Positions 26,990-39,881 of a stretch of DNA of 64,000 nucleotides are shown in pieces. The notes under the pieces were generated by a model. The model made no database searches. It saw only the letters and a list, made by a program, of their open reading frames with translations, and was not told the DNA's origin. This DNA is from Haliotis rufescens (Eukaryota). The stretch lies in assembly GCF_023055435.1 (NCBI RefSeq), contig NW_025963890.1, forward strand, positions 10,912,001-10,976,000, written 5' to 3'. A program made the position numbers and the translations under genes. The stretch's first letter is position 1; every line of letters starts with the position of its first letter.

Positions 26990-27182
26990 CAGTGGCATCT
27001 GCCTAAACAGAACTCTGGCAATACCGGACCACATTTACAATCCAAATTTTATTACGTTAATTTTTCCAAGTCACATTAGCTTTTTCCCGACAATAAGAGA
27101 CAAAATTCTTGCAGAATTGGATTTATAAGACGGACTGACATGTCTGATTAGGCCGTAAGTCCGATGTAGACAGATTCCACTG
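26990..27182. mobile_element. Degenerate Tc1/mariner-type MITE
   Basis: Imperfect TIRs cagtggcatctgccta / tagacagattccactg; TA on the left side. Confidence 0.6.
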
Positions 27183-27783
27183 TGTGTGGAATTCTCACGA
27201 GTCTCACTTGGATAATTTGTTTGTTGGAGCAATTGTATTTAAAAATATTTACGACCAAAAGTGATTTATGACTGTAAATTACCAATCGTCAAGTTGCCCT
27301 TAATGTCAAACAAAACAGACAGTGCCTCGTTAGTTTGTGTGTGTCAGAAACAAACATCTTACAACATTTGATCATTATGACATGATGGGAATCAAACAAA
27401 GTCAGACTTTAGCAGCCCTATTTATCTGAAGATGAGGCCCAAGTGTGTTTGTAATTTTACGCCGCACCCAGCATTATTCCAGATTCCAGAGCTCCGGATA
27501 AGATATAAACCGATTGGTTGTGAATTGCCTGCGTACAGATACGCATGAATAATTCGTTCAAAACGAATAGTATAACATTATGCCTAATTGCCAATGCAGC
27601 CTCATTAACTTGCGTACCTGCGTACAACTCTGTGTTCAATGATCGAATACAGGCGTCATGTACATAGAGAAAATAGTCAAGAAGTGCCACGCCTCCCTTA
27701 TGTTAATTTGTGACTGAAAACAGCATTTTAAGCAGACTAATATATATATAAAAATAATATATATTCATTTATTTATTTATATA

Positions 27784-28021
27784 TCAGCTTCAGTGTTATT
27801 CCTGAATGCGTGCTATCCTAACCTGGAAGCGTGAATCATTTCTCACTGGATTGTCTAGTCCAGATGGCTTTACATACAGACAGCAGGGCTCAATTTAAAA
27901 CTGTTAAAAATTTGGCCTATTAAAATGTGTTCAATCTTACTCCACTTATTTAATTATATATATAAATGATTCACGCTTTCGGGTTAGGATAGCACGCATT
28001 CAGGAATAACACCGAAGCTGA
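27784..28021. repeat. Inverted repeat with 58-bp arms (27784-27841 and 27964-28021)
   Basis: tcagcttcagtgttattcctgaatgcgtgctatcctaacc...gcgtgaatcattt and its reverse complement, about 3 mismatches. Confidence 0.85.
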
Positions 28022-28320
28022 CCACACGGTACATTCAGTTGTCTCTTGCGACGAGCATAGATGGCTGGTGACCAGTTCTAACCCTGAATCCCAACAGGGC
28101 GCGTGTGCCGTGAGCCATATTAATTTTACATTCCACCGTTTTTGATTACAATGGGGACAATTGGAGAAGGCGCGAGACATACATTGTTGCCTGTGATATT
28201 GTTTAAGGAAACCAAAACTCCAAACACGTACACTGAAACTCAGGACGGAAGAAATCTCGTTCGTTGACCTTGTGGTACTGCTACTAGATTAACTCACTGT
28301 TTCCTCTTTTTATACATGTA

Positions 28321-28492
28321 CAGTAAACTACGGTTATAACGAACTCAAATGGACTAATTTTAGTTCGTTATAACCGTAGTTCGTTATAAGCATATATACA
28401 GCATAACTACAGCATATAGTCCGGACTAAAAAGTTAGTTCGTTACATCCGTTAGTTCGTTATAAGCGTGTTCGTTATAACCGTAGTTTACTG
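28321..28492. mobile_element. Intact 172-bp Tc1/mariner (pogo/Tigger-type) MITE
   Basis: Perfect 24-bp TIR cagtaaactacggttataacgaac, TA duplication on both sides, internal gttcgttata sub-repeats. Confidence 0.9.
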
Positions 28493-29294
28493 TATATAAG
28501 TATGAGACCTGCCAAACAACAACAACAAAACCAACAACCAAAGACAATTTGTTTTTAAATTATTGTTGTTAACTCAATACAATTCCTAAAATCATATTGT
28601 TAATATTAGTCTCATTTTCATTCATAACCAATTAACGCTCAATAAGAAAAAAGCCCCTTAACGTGAACTGTACATTTCCCTTACAAAAGAAGTAAATTAA
28701 AGAACACCCGATGCTTTCATAATACTATAGTTATTGCATAACAGATTAACTATAGTAATATACATGAATTGAGTAATCATTAACTTTTTGAGTAGTATAT
28801 ATGAAACTAAAGAGACATCAGTCGATGATGGATGAGATTTCTAACGTATCTATTTCCATCATATCGTTAATATGACCATCATCCTTATGAAATGAGGAGT
28901 AAACGGTGTTGGCAAACGTGTGGCGATGTCACCTAAACAATGGGGGCGATTTGATAGCCTAGTGGTTCAAGCGTTCGCTCGTCGCGCCAAAGGCCTGGTT
29001 TCCATTCACCACATGGGTATTATGTGTGAAACCCAGTTATTTCTCGATTCAAAATATTGCTCGAGTATTGTTAAAAGCGGCGCAAAACCCAACTCCCTCA
29101 CATATGTCATTGTCTTGGAGGAAAACATGTCGGATTATTAGACGTGTTGAAATGACTGTCCAAGAAAACCGTCTGGTTGACTGTGGATGTGTCTGTAGCT
29201 AACGGACACAACCGTCGTCTTAGAACCTAGTCTCGTCTATGTGACTATGGAAGATATCAGCCAAACCTTTCACTCACTCGCCCTGTTTACTTAC

Positions 29295-29604
29295 CTTTGT
29301 AATCTTCAGGTATGAGTAGGGGTGCCCCGACCTCCACCGTGTGTCCAGTTTGAGGATCAGTATTGAGACTGGTTGCTGTCACCTTGTTACACACACGCTT
29401 CTGGTGCAACAACATGGGCTGAAGAAAATCAAAGTTGGATTGTTCCGTGGATATGTCATCATTGAGTGTATAGGCACACTGCACCACACGAGGGAGTGGG
29501 TACTTCTGTAGAATGTCCTCCAAGGAATGTGCCCCAACCTCCCATTGAAGGTTCGGCCTGGCGACAGTTTCAGGTTCTTGGACCCTTGGAGCCTTTCTAG
29601 GCAT
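29295..29604 (-). CDS. CABIT-domain gene copy C, coding exon 1
   Basis: ATG 29604, MPRKAP...LQWEVGAHSLEDILQKYPLPRVVQC...IPEDYK-G, donor AAAG|GTAAGT; 5143-bp intron to 24151; the joined length of 2673 nt is in frame. Confidence 0.85.
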
Positions 29605-30709
29605 TTTGAGAGCCGAGACAACGTGAACACCTCAGACACAACACAGGCTCAGTTTGCCGACCTTGTTACTGTTGTCGATGTACCGTACTTCCCCACTCGT
29701 GTATTTATATCAAGCATGTTCATAAATCTGCTTTGTCCAATCGATTAAATCCGCATATTGACTAACCCTTTTGAACCTCCAAATCTTACGATTGATTTCC
29801 AGCTGTACCACAGGAGCATCGTCTTTATACACCCTCGCACCGTATGATAAGTATGATTTGTGTCTAGTATAGAATCCTCAAGCTGCGTCACAAGGCACGC
29901 AGTGTCGGATTTCCACTGTTGTAAATATATAAAGGTCCTGCATCAGGAAGCACATCCCGATACCGGGTATTGGTAGCATCATGCTTGATCCTTTCTTGTT
30001 CTAGATTCAATCAAGAAGATCATATGGGACATCCATCCTACTGACATAGGGACTTCTCTCTCATTGTGCTATATCACATCCTGTCCTAGTTATGAGCGAG
30101 GCCTTACAGACGTGAGGGCTTCCTTCAAATATTCATAAGTGCCTGTATTAAAACTGATCTCTATTTATATTTTATATTAGACTTCATAGCAACATAGGGT
30201 CAAGCCTTTACCAATACACAGTCGCAACTTTCTTAGTCGTATAGAAGTGCTATATATGACACATGCATACATATTGAGAGAGGGACGCGATTTTGTTCCT
30301 GGTTGGGTTGCCCTCGGACGACTGTCACGCTCGACAGTTCGACCACATCACGAGCTTCTCTATCGGGGCTTGCAGTTAAGAATATAGGACCCTTAACGTG
30401 GATAGATATATAAGTTAAATCGCTTTGAAATTTGATAACCAAGTGGGTCTTACGCAGTAAACGGGTTTGGCCAAGTCTCGATAATGCTTGAGATAACAGC
30501 GGTTCACAACGGGGGTTGTATATAGCCTAAATTCTTTGATCGGTTAGTCATGACATGCCTGCAACCTACATGTTAACACATGACAATAAACTATGAGATA
30601 TGTCAGGACCATATAGTTTTCATGTTCGTGTAACAGGTAGAGACACCACATGTATGACAATGTAGGCTGATGGAAAAATATTTACAGATGAATGATAGAG
30701 CCTTTTTGG

Positions 30710-32785
30710 ACATTTAATACTCGGTGGTATTAGAGACTACAAGGAAGTTGTGTGTCCCATACCTATAGAGGCTTGTAGGACAATTAATACTTGATACTAT
30801 GAGAGAATACAAGGAAGTAGTATGCCTCATACACATGGAGGCTAGTAGGAAATTAATACTTGATACTATGAGAGGCTAGAAGGGCGTAGTTTATCCCATA
30901 CCAATAGAGACTAGCATTAAATTGTTTACTTGATACTATAAGAGGGTACAATGACGTAGTATGTCTCATACAAGTAGAGGCTAGTAGGACATTAATACTT
31001 GATACGACAAGAGGCTAGAAGGATGTAATATGCCCCATACCAATAGAACATAGCATTAAATAGTTTACTTGATACTATGAGAGGGTACAATGAGGTAGTA
31101 TGCCACATACAAATAGAGGCTAGTAGGACATTAATACTTGATACGACAAGAGGCTAGAAGGATGTAATATGCCCCACACCAATAGAGCAGAGCATTGAAT
31201 AGTTTACTTGATACTATGAGGGAATAGAAGGACGTAGTCTGTCCCACACCAATAGAGCAGAGCATTAAATAGTTTACTTAATACTATGAGGGAATAGAAG
31301 TACGTAGTCTGTCCCACACCAATAGAGCAGAGCATAACATAGTTTACTTGATATTTGAGGGAATAGAAGGACGTAGTCTGTCCCACACCAATAGAGCAGA
31401 GCATTAAATAGTTTACTTAATACTATGAGGGAATAGAAGTACGTAGTCTGTCCCACACCAATAGAGCAGAGCATAACATAGTTTACTTGATATTTGAGGG
31501 AATAGAATGACGTGGTATGTCCCACACCAATAGAGCAGAGCATTAAATAGTTTACTTGATACTTTGAGGGAATAGAAGGACTTTGTATGTCCCACACCAA
31601 TAGAGCAGAGCATTAGATAGTTTACTTGATACTATGAGGGAATAGAAGGACGTGGTATGTCCCACACCAATAGAGCAGAGCATTAGATAGTTTACTTGAT
31701 ACTATGAGGGAATAGAAGGACGTGGTATGTCCCACACCAATAGAGCAGAGCATTAAATAGTTTACTTGATACTATGAGGGAATAGAAGTACGTAGTCTGT
31801 CCCACACCAATAGAGCAGAGCATTAAATAGTTTACTTGATACTATGAGGGAATAGAAGGACGTGGTATGTCCCACACCAATAGAGCAGAGCATTAAATAG
31901 TTTACTTGATACTATGAGGGAATAGAAGAACGTGATATGTCCCACACCAATAGAGCAGAGCATTAAATAGTTTACTTGATACTATGAGGGAATAGAAGAA
32001 CGTGGTATGTCCCACACCAATAGAACATAGCATTAAATAGTTTACTTGATACTATGAGGGAATAGAAGAACGTGGTATGTCCCACACCAATAGAGCAGAG
32101 CATAACATAGTTTACTTGATATTTGAGGGAATAGAATGACGTGGTATGTCCCACACCAATAGAGCAGAGCATAAAATAGTTTACTTGATACTTTGAGGGA
32201 ATAGAAGTACGTAGTCTGTCCCACACCAATAGAGCAGAGCATTAAATAGTTTACTTGATACTATGAGGGAATAGAAGGACGTAGTCTGTCCCACACCAAT
32301 AGAGCAGAGCATTAAATAGTTTACTTGATACTTTGAGGGAATAGAAGTACGTAGTCTGTCCCACACCAATAGAGCAGAGCATTAAATAGTTTACTTGATA
32401 CTATGAGGGAATAGAAGGACGTAGTCTGTCCCACACCAATAGAGCAGAGCATTAAATAGTTTACTTGATACTATGAGGGAATAGAAGGACGTAGTCTGTC
32501 CCACACCAATAGAGCAGAGCATTAAATAGTTTACTTGATACTATGAGGGAATAGAAGTACGTAGTCTGTCCCACACCAATAGAGCAGAGCATTAAATAGT
32601 TTACTTGATACTATGAGGGAATAGAAGGACGTAGTCTGTCCCACACCAATAGAGCAGAGCATTAAATAGTTTACTTGATACTATGAGGGAATAGAAGGAC
32701 GTAGTCTGTCCCACACCAATAGAGCAGAGCATTAAATAGTTTACTTGATACTATGAGGGAATAGAAGGAAGTGATATGTCCCTGA
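30710..32785. repeat. 70-bp minisatellite, about 29 copies, degenerate at the left end
   Basis: Unit gtcccacaccaatagagcagagcattaaatagtttacttgatactatgagggaatagaaggacgtagtct. Confidence 0.95.
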
Positions 32786-32889
32786 TGCGAACAGGGGCTT
32801 TTAGGAAGAAATGTACCTGATACAAATATAGACTAGTAAGGGGTTATATGTAATGAAAGGAATGCAGGAATCACTATAGCTCATATCGT

Positions 32890-33478
32890 GACAGGCTAGC
32901 AGGGAGAAAAGTACCTGATACTTACAGATCCTAGTAGGAAGCAGTTTAACTGATAGTTAGAGGGCTAGTAGGAATCAGTATAACTGATTCTTATAAAGGC
33001 TAGTATGAAGCAGTATTGCTGATACTTATAGATGCTAGTAGGAAGCAGTTTAACTGATAGTTATAGAGGCTAGTAGGAAGCAGTAAAACTGATACCTAAA
33101 TAGAGGCTAGTAGGAAGCAGTATAACTGAAACTTATAGAAGCTAGTAGAAGCAGTATTGCTGATACTTATAGAGGCTAGTAGGAAGCAGCATAACTGAAA
33201 CTTATAGAGGCTAGTAGGAAGCAGCATAACTGAAACTTATAGAGGCTAGTAGGAAGCAGTATAACTGATTGTATAGAGATTAGCAGGAAGCAGTATAACT
33301 GATAGTAATAGAGACTAGCAGGAGCAGAATAACTGTTAGTTATAGGGACTAGTAGGAAGCAGTATAACTGATACCAATAGGGGCGAGTAGGAAGCAGTAT
33401 AACTGATACTTACAGGAGCTAGTAGGAAGCATTATCACCGATACTTATAGAGGCTAGTAGGAAGCAGTATAACTGATT
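32890..33478. repeat. 35-bp minisatellite, about 16 copies
   Basis: Unit tagaggctagtaggaagcagtataactgatactta. Confidence 0.9.
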
Positions 33479-34920
33479 CGAATATTCCTGATACGAATTT
33501 ACACACAGTCACGTGATTAATGCTTGCATACTGTTGGATATTGGGGCCATATTCTTCCCTGGGATCTCCACTGGAAGGTCAATCATGTAAAACCACGTTC
33601 TATCCTAAACACAGAAGCACATGCAAGGAGACATACTTCCTGTTTTGTTGTCTGACCTTCTCGCCTGACCTACTTCAGCACTGTCCATGACTAATCTGTA
33701 CGGCCAATCTTTAACACAATAGTGCACACACATAGTAGCAACTGAAACATGAGAGCAGTTGGAGCGGCCCTTACTTCCTGGACGAGGCTGTGTTGACAAT
33801 GAATTCTACCCTGACATTGAAGAATACTTGATTCTGATTGGTTAAAAAAGGTATCCTTTTTTCTCATGAATACCTCATTAAATTAGACCTCACACACGAC
33901 GTGCTTGTGAAAACACCCATCTGACAGACTTAGTATCGATGCATTTAATAATGGCTGCCGGTAACATATTAGAATGTTGTATACGTTCGATATCAGAACA
34001 ACAACTTTTCAAATATGATGGAATCTATTTCAAAACTCACACAATTAAGGCAAAAACACACTAACCACTATGTCAGGGGCACATAATCATAGGTCTCCCC
34101 GCCGCGATATTGCTGGAATTGATTAAAGCGGCGTAAAACCATATTCACCCACGTTCCATTTTAGTCGGTTCTAAATATAGGCATTGTCTGTTGCTGTCCT
34201 GTCTGCCACATATCCGCCTCCATAGCTACACGTTCCCAAAACAGTGATTGATAGAATGAGCAACGGTCCACGTCATCAGGACACAATGACACGTAATCAG
34301 CCAAGTTCACGAGGCTCATGATTTTGGCCACTCGACCAAAATATGAGTTACGTCTTCACCCACGTCTACACATGTTTACGAGACACATATTCTTTATAAC
34401 TCACTAGGCAGGCTCACCAGATGAGTCAGTCGAAGGGCGACCAGATCAATATACAAAAGGAGACGCACAAACACCAATTTTATTGTTAATGGTATCAACC
34501 GGATTACCGATGTTGCAGCTGCATGATGATAATAACATATGATAATAAGATATGATGATAATAAAATATGATGATGATAATAAACTGCAGCCAAAAGAAC
34601 CAATGGTTGATGGTTGTTAAAATAAAAAGAAACAAACAACGGTTATTCGATGGTGATGTATTTGATACGAGTATCACATCTGTGTTTAGGACCTTAAGTT
34701 TGCAGTGTTTCCGACTGTTTTAAGGCTAGTAACGTTTTGATTACGTTTGTAATTTTTGGTCACATCCAATTTCATGTGTATACTTTCCGTTGCCCGGCAG
34801 TTTTATTTAGCTGTCTATAAACAAGTTTGAGCAGATTCCAAATGTTACCTAATGCCAATATAACCAATATCACGGAATACATACATTTCTACTGCATTGT
34901 CACAAGGCATATTCGTTTAG

Positions 34921-35085
34921 TGAGTGAGTGAGTATGGTTTTACGCCGCTTTTTGCAATATTCCAGCAATATCACGGCGGGGGACACCAGAAATGGGCTTC
35001 ACATATTGTACCCATGTCGGGAATCGAACCCGGGTCTTCGGCGTGACGAGCGAACGCTTTAACCACTAGGCTACCCGACCGCCCC
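34921..35085 (-). mobile_element. SINE family 2, full length
   Basis: 13-bp TSD catattcgtttag (34908-34920 and 35086-35098), A/B boxes, (ACTC)n tail. Confidence 0.92.
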
Positions 35086-35442
35086 CATATTCGTTTAGAA
35101 ACACATATCCTTGTCTGTTCTCATCCTCTACATCAAACAACCCTCTTCTCAACTCATATCCTCAGCAAACCTATTGAAGAGTCACCTGGTCTGCCTTGAC
35201 CTGTGGTTGTAGTGTACATCGTGCGAATAGTGTTCAATCATGAAATCCATATGCTATATGGTTAGGCATTCATCATTAGTTTCAATTTATATTATCACAG
35301 TCCAATTTGAGTTTTGATTATATTTGCTACATTTTTTATCATTTAGTAACTCATACATCAAGGAATATATTTCTGTCACTTATATATGTTTGAGTACATT
35401 TCTTAATGTTACGAATATAGTTACAGTTGATTACACAAATAA

Positions 35443-35461
35443 ACACACAGACACACACACA

Positions 35462-35526
<65 letters not shown>
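35443..35526. repeat. (CA)n microsatellite
   Basis: Dinucleotide run. Confidence 0.95.
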
Positions 35527-35528
<2 letters not shown>

Positions 35529-36179
35529 GATACTCTACCAGCTGATTCCTCTGATATATTTCTCATAATATTATTTTTTGTGAACATTAAGAAACACCTC
35601 TACAAAGGACTGTTATTTACCAATCGCATAACTATTTCAATAATACTGATTTAAACGCTATCGAATTCAATGACTTCGCAAAATTAAAACGCCAAGATAG
35701 TTTCATGATCGTATCCCTGCTATTAAAACACGAACAAGGTCACGAATCTGAAAGGAACAATATAAAGCAATAACTCAGCACCTATCGTAAGTGACTGTAT
35801 AGGTCATGTTATGGACGCAGGCCCGACCATCCATGCAAGGGATATAACATTGCCATGCAATGTACGCATACCGTGGCCTAAAGCGCACTAATTCACTGTC
35901 ACAATTCGCGTCCCTTCGGAGTGTGATTATCTTATAATCGTTGCCTTGGATCCCAGATGGTCCCGATAATGGTCCTTGGTACGTCTGTACACATGCTCGA
36001 AAGTTTCGCCATGGTGGTAAACGTCTGACTCTTGAATCACAATAAACAGTGGCATTGTCATGACACTGAAAACCCGGTCACTCATTTCAAAATGAATGCA
36101 ATTTACACATTTTCTAGTTTTCTGGCAAATAGTTCAGTAGACAGCTTGTTTGAGAAAAAGCTGCACCAGTCCATGTCCA

Positions 36180-36510
36180 TGTATGTACTAAACACAATCT
36201 ACTGATGTATGTACTGAACACAATCAACTGATGTATGTACTGAACACAATCAACTGATGTATCTACTGAACACAATCAACTGATGTATCTACTGAACACA
36301 ATCAACTGATGTATCTACTGAACACAATCAACTGATGTATCTACTGAACACAATCTACTGATGTATGTACTGAACACAATCTACTGATGTATGTACTGAA
36401 CACAATCTACTGATGTATGTACTGAACACAATCTACTGCTGTATCTTCTGAACATAATCTACTGATGTATCTACTAAACACAATCTACTAAAGAAAGTAC
36501 TGAACACAAT
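36180..36510. repeat. 26-bp minisatellite, about 12 copies, just downstream of the gene D stop
   Basis: Unit gtatgtactgaacacaatctactgat. Confidence 0.9.
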
Positions 36511-36620
36511 GAGACAACTGTTTTAAGAATCCACTGAAAAGAGTCTGACATGAGTTATATGTCCTATCCCACGAATCATACTCAGGGACATAAGATACAT
36601 TTCACAGTCTTGTTATTACT

Positions 36621-38062
36621 TTAAGTTAAGTCATCTACGAATCCAGAGTCTGCCACAGACACACGAGGACACTCTTTCGGCAGGTGGTAGATCCTGTGGT
36701 GGCCACCATCAAAGTAGAACTCTTCCACCAGTGTGTTTCTCTGTACTGGGACTTCATAATCAGAACTATTGTTGTGTATTGACAGCTTTCTCACATCCTG
36801 GAAGTCACCGTCGCTGTCGCTGTCGCTGTCGCTGTCTAAACCCCATTCCTGAAGATTGACATAGTCATGTCCATCATCTGATTCTTCAGACTCAGCTGCT
36901 GTCTGACCTCCGCTAGCACCTTCCACTGGCACCGGCTTCTGTTCAGTGTTCCTCACAACAGCACTGTTACTGTCATCCTTCTTTGGAGGCTGTGACACTT
37001 TAATGATGGACACATGGCGTGGCTTTGATTGAGAAACAGGTTCGTGAACTGGCGTCAAGTAGTCACTGTTTCCTTCTGGGTTTGGCGATTCGATGATCGG
37101 ATGCAGATAATCTGCGTCAGTGGTTGCTTTCATACATCTTTCTGGAGCAATATCTGGGATGTCATCCCACTCCTCAGAGTCATAGCTGCAATCCCATTCA
37201 TCATCACTGACAGGCTCTTTGGGTATTGGCGAGGGTTGGAATGCCCCCTCTAATGATGGTCTGCTTGGATAGACACGTTGAATCTTCCGAATATCAGGAC
37301 CCGGGGGAGTTCCAGGCCCCGCTGAAACGGACCTGTCAAGATGGGTGTTTGGAGCAGCACTCTTAGGGGCCCTCCAGCCTGCTGGAACAGAGACAGTGCC
37401 TTTAGGGTCTCTTCTGTCCTGGGCTCTGCGGATCTTGACGGACTTCATGAACTTATCTGCCTCGTTCCGACACAAACTAAGAGCATCCTTATAGCCATTA
37501 TACTCTCGCCAGCCAATATTCATTGTGGCAATATGGAATTTCAGCAGAGATGATTTTGGGATCTCTAATAATGAGTTCTTCTGGATGCTGACTGTGGAGC
37601 AGACAATCAGAGGATCTCGACTTACATGAGTCAGTTTCATCCATCCGTGGGATGAATCCTTCTTAGCCAAACCTTGACCAGCAATGATTTTGACAATGCA
37701 TGGTATCTTTTTCAATACGTCTTTTATTTGAAAAACGGACACTTTGGTCTTCTTTATCTTGCTGGTGATGATGTAGAACAAGCATTGGCATTCAAAAGGA
37801 ATAAGAATGTCTCGCCCTTTTCGATCAAGACATTCCAAATAGGTCTTCTTGCCATACTTACATACGCGTTCCATTTTCAATACGTCACACGGAAAAACTT
37901 GTTTCGGGGAAAGATAATCGTTCTTCTTCTGCATGACATGGAGTTTTTCACGTCCACCCACCAGAAAGGTGTCACAGCGAGTTTGAGCCAGAGCTGATGC
38001 ACTGCGGTACACGGGGACGTTGTTATCCATTCTCGTCTTCGCATCAAACACACAAAACCAAC
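36621..38062 (-). CDS. CABIT-domain gene copy D, coding exon 2 (spliced protein about 568 aa)
   Basis: Acceptor ttttgtcttag|GT TGG (G-WFCV); YLECLD-x4-DILIPFECQCLF core motif; VFPCDVL; IPCIVKII; acidic tail with DYLHP, DYLTP, DYVNL and DYEVP. Confidence 0.85.
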
Positions 38063-38232
38063 CTAAGACAAAAGGAATTGGAGATTGCCTGGGTGTCATT
38101 CGAGAAAATGTGAGTTTTTGTGTGTGGTGTACATAATACACATTTGCAGATGCAATATGACATGTCTTACTTACTGTGGTTAATAGAAACGTGAATGTAT
38201 TTTTAACATGACTTTTCCATTATAACATTAAG

Positions 38233-38516
38233 TGAGTGAGTGAGTGAGTGAGTGAGTGAGTGAGTTGGGTTTAGCGCCGCTTTTAACAGTATTCCAGTTA
38301 TATCACGGCGTGTCAGCTTAATGTGGGAGGAAAGCCCGAAGTGATGCAGGTCTCAGACGTTTACCAATTCGGTGAAACCCACGAGCACGGGTATGTGCTG
38401 ACAAACCTAGAAACATAATCAGGGCGAACCGGGATTCGAACCCACAATCATAGGTTTCTGGCGTGCCCAAGGGACGCAACTCTGCACAGCGAATCGCGGC
38501 GCCTTAGACGACTGGG
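38233..38516 (-). mobile_element. SINE family 1, slightly 5'-truncated, in the gene D intron
   Basis: TSD tataacattaag on both sides. Confidence 0.9.
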
Positions 38517-38611
38517 TATAACATTAAGAAAACCTTCTTTTCTTTGTCTTATGATCTAATCAAGAAAATACGTAAACGAAGTACAAACAAGTGACGGTTT
38601 TCATAACAAAG

Positions 38612-38966
38612 TGAGGTGAGGTGACATTGGGTTTAACGTCGCGTCCAAGATTATTGCACTTATATAGCGACGTGCATGCACATGTATGTGTGTGTGTGGC
38701 TGCTTGTACTAGTCCGGACTGATGCCGATTTATAGTGCTAGCTCACTGAGATAACATGCCGCAGTTTAACATGAATACCCCACTCAGACACAGTATACTG
38801 ACTCCGAGCCGACCAGTCCTTGTTTTAGCCCCTTAATGCCGAGCGCCAGACAGGGTAACAACAAGTACAATCTTTTAACGTCTTTTTGTATGACGCGGCC
38901 CGGGATCGAACCCTGGACCTTCCGCTCTCCGGGCGGACGCTCTACCACAAGACCACGGAGGCGGTC
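38612..38966 (-). mobile_element. SINE family 3, full length, in the gene D intron
   Basis: TSD tcataacaaag at 38601-38611 and 38967-38977. Confidence 0.9.
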
Positions 38967-38977
38967 TCATAACAAAG

Positions 38978-39298
38978 AGGGGGCAAAGAGAAGTGGGCCT
39001 GCACTTTTTTCTTTGTTTATACTAGACCATTCCGTTCCTATTGTTTAAGGGGGCAGAGTTACGTCAACTTGGGCACACCAGAAACCTATGCTTGTGGGTT
39101 CGAATCCCGGTCCACCACGGTTATGTTTCTTGGTTTGTCAGCACCATACGTATACCCGTGCTCATGGGTTTCACTAAATTGGTAAACGTCTGAGACATGC
39201 ATCACTTGGGGCTTTCCTCCCACATTAATCTGACACGCCGTATTATAACTGGAATACTGTCTAAATAGGCGTTAAAACCAATTCACTCACAACCTCAC
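38978..39298 (+). mobile_element. SINE family 1 with a rearranged head, in the gene D intron
   Basis: Body from about 39050 matches the consensus; followed by a third tcataacaaag at 39299-39309. Confidence 0.75.
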
Positions 39299-39423
39299 TC
39301 ATAACAAAGTCACAGTTGTACAATCATTCAGTGAAAGCGTTACATTGTTATTTGCTAACATTAAAAAACAAGTGGGTAAATCTGTTTTACAACTTTGAAG
39401 TTAGATCTTGAATAACAACACAA

Positions 39424-39601
39424 TGTGAGTGAGTGAGTGAGTGAGTATGGTTTTCCGCCGCTTTTTTAGCAATACTCCAGCAATAACACGGCAGGGGACA
39501 CCAGAAATGGGCTTCACACATTGTACCTATGTCGGGAATCGAACCCGGGTCTTCGGCGTGGCGAGCGAACGCTTTAACCACTAGGCTACCCGACCGCCCC
39601 A
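39424..39601 (-). mobile_element. SINE family 2, next to the gene D exon 1 donor
   Basis: TSD aataacaacacaa at 39411-39423 and 39602-39614. Confidence 0.9.
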
Positions 39602-39616
39602 AATAACAACACAAAC

Positions 39617-39881
39617 CTTCATAAGACGCTGGTACTTGGATCAGATCTCCGGACTCCACCATGAACTTTCCTCCTTTGCCCCCCTTGGCGAGCCTCACCC
39701 CATGGGCTACAGGTGCATCTGTGCCCTTATACAGGAGGCACGGGACCCCACACCCCGAGTCACCCGGCTTACAGCGACTGTGGTCACACAGGACGATCTG
39801 GGGAGGATTCAGATTCCTTAAGATGTAGCTCATGGAATAGCTCCCTGGATGCCACGTCAACTTCTCTGGTTGCTTTGCCAT
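39617..39881 (-). CDS. CABIT-domain gene copy D, coding exon 1
   Basis: ATG 39881, MAKQPEKLTWHPGSYSMSYILRNLNPPQIVLC...IQVPASYE-G, donor GAAG|GTTTGT. The longer ORF on the track runs on into an intronic SINE. Confidence 0.8.

Noticed and set aside
39387-39616. C-terminal part of the 183-aa ORF (GRSGSLVVKAFARHAEDPGSIP...)
   Set aside because: Translation of an intronic SINE after the splice donor.
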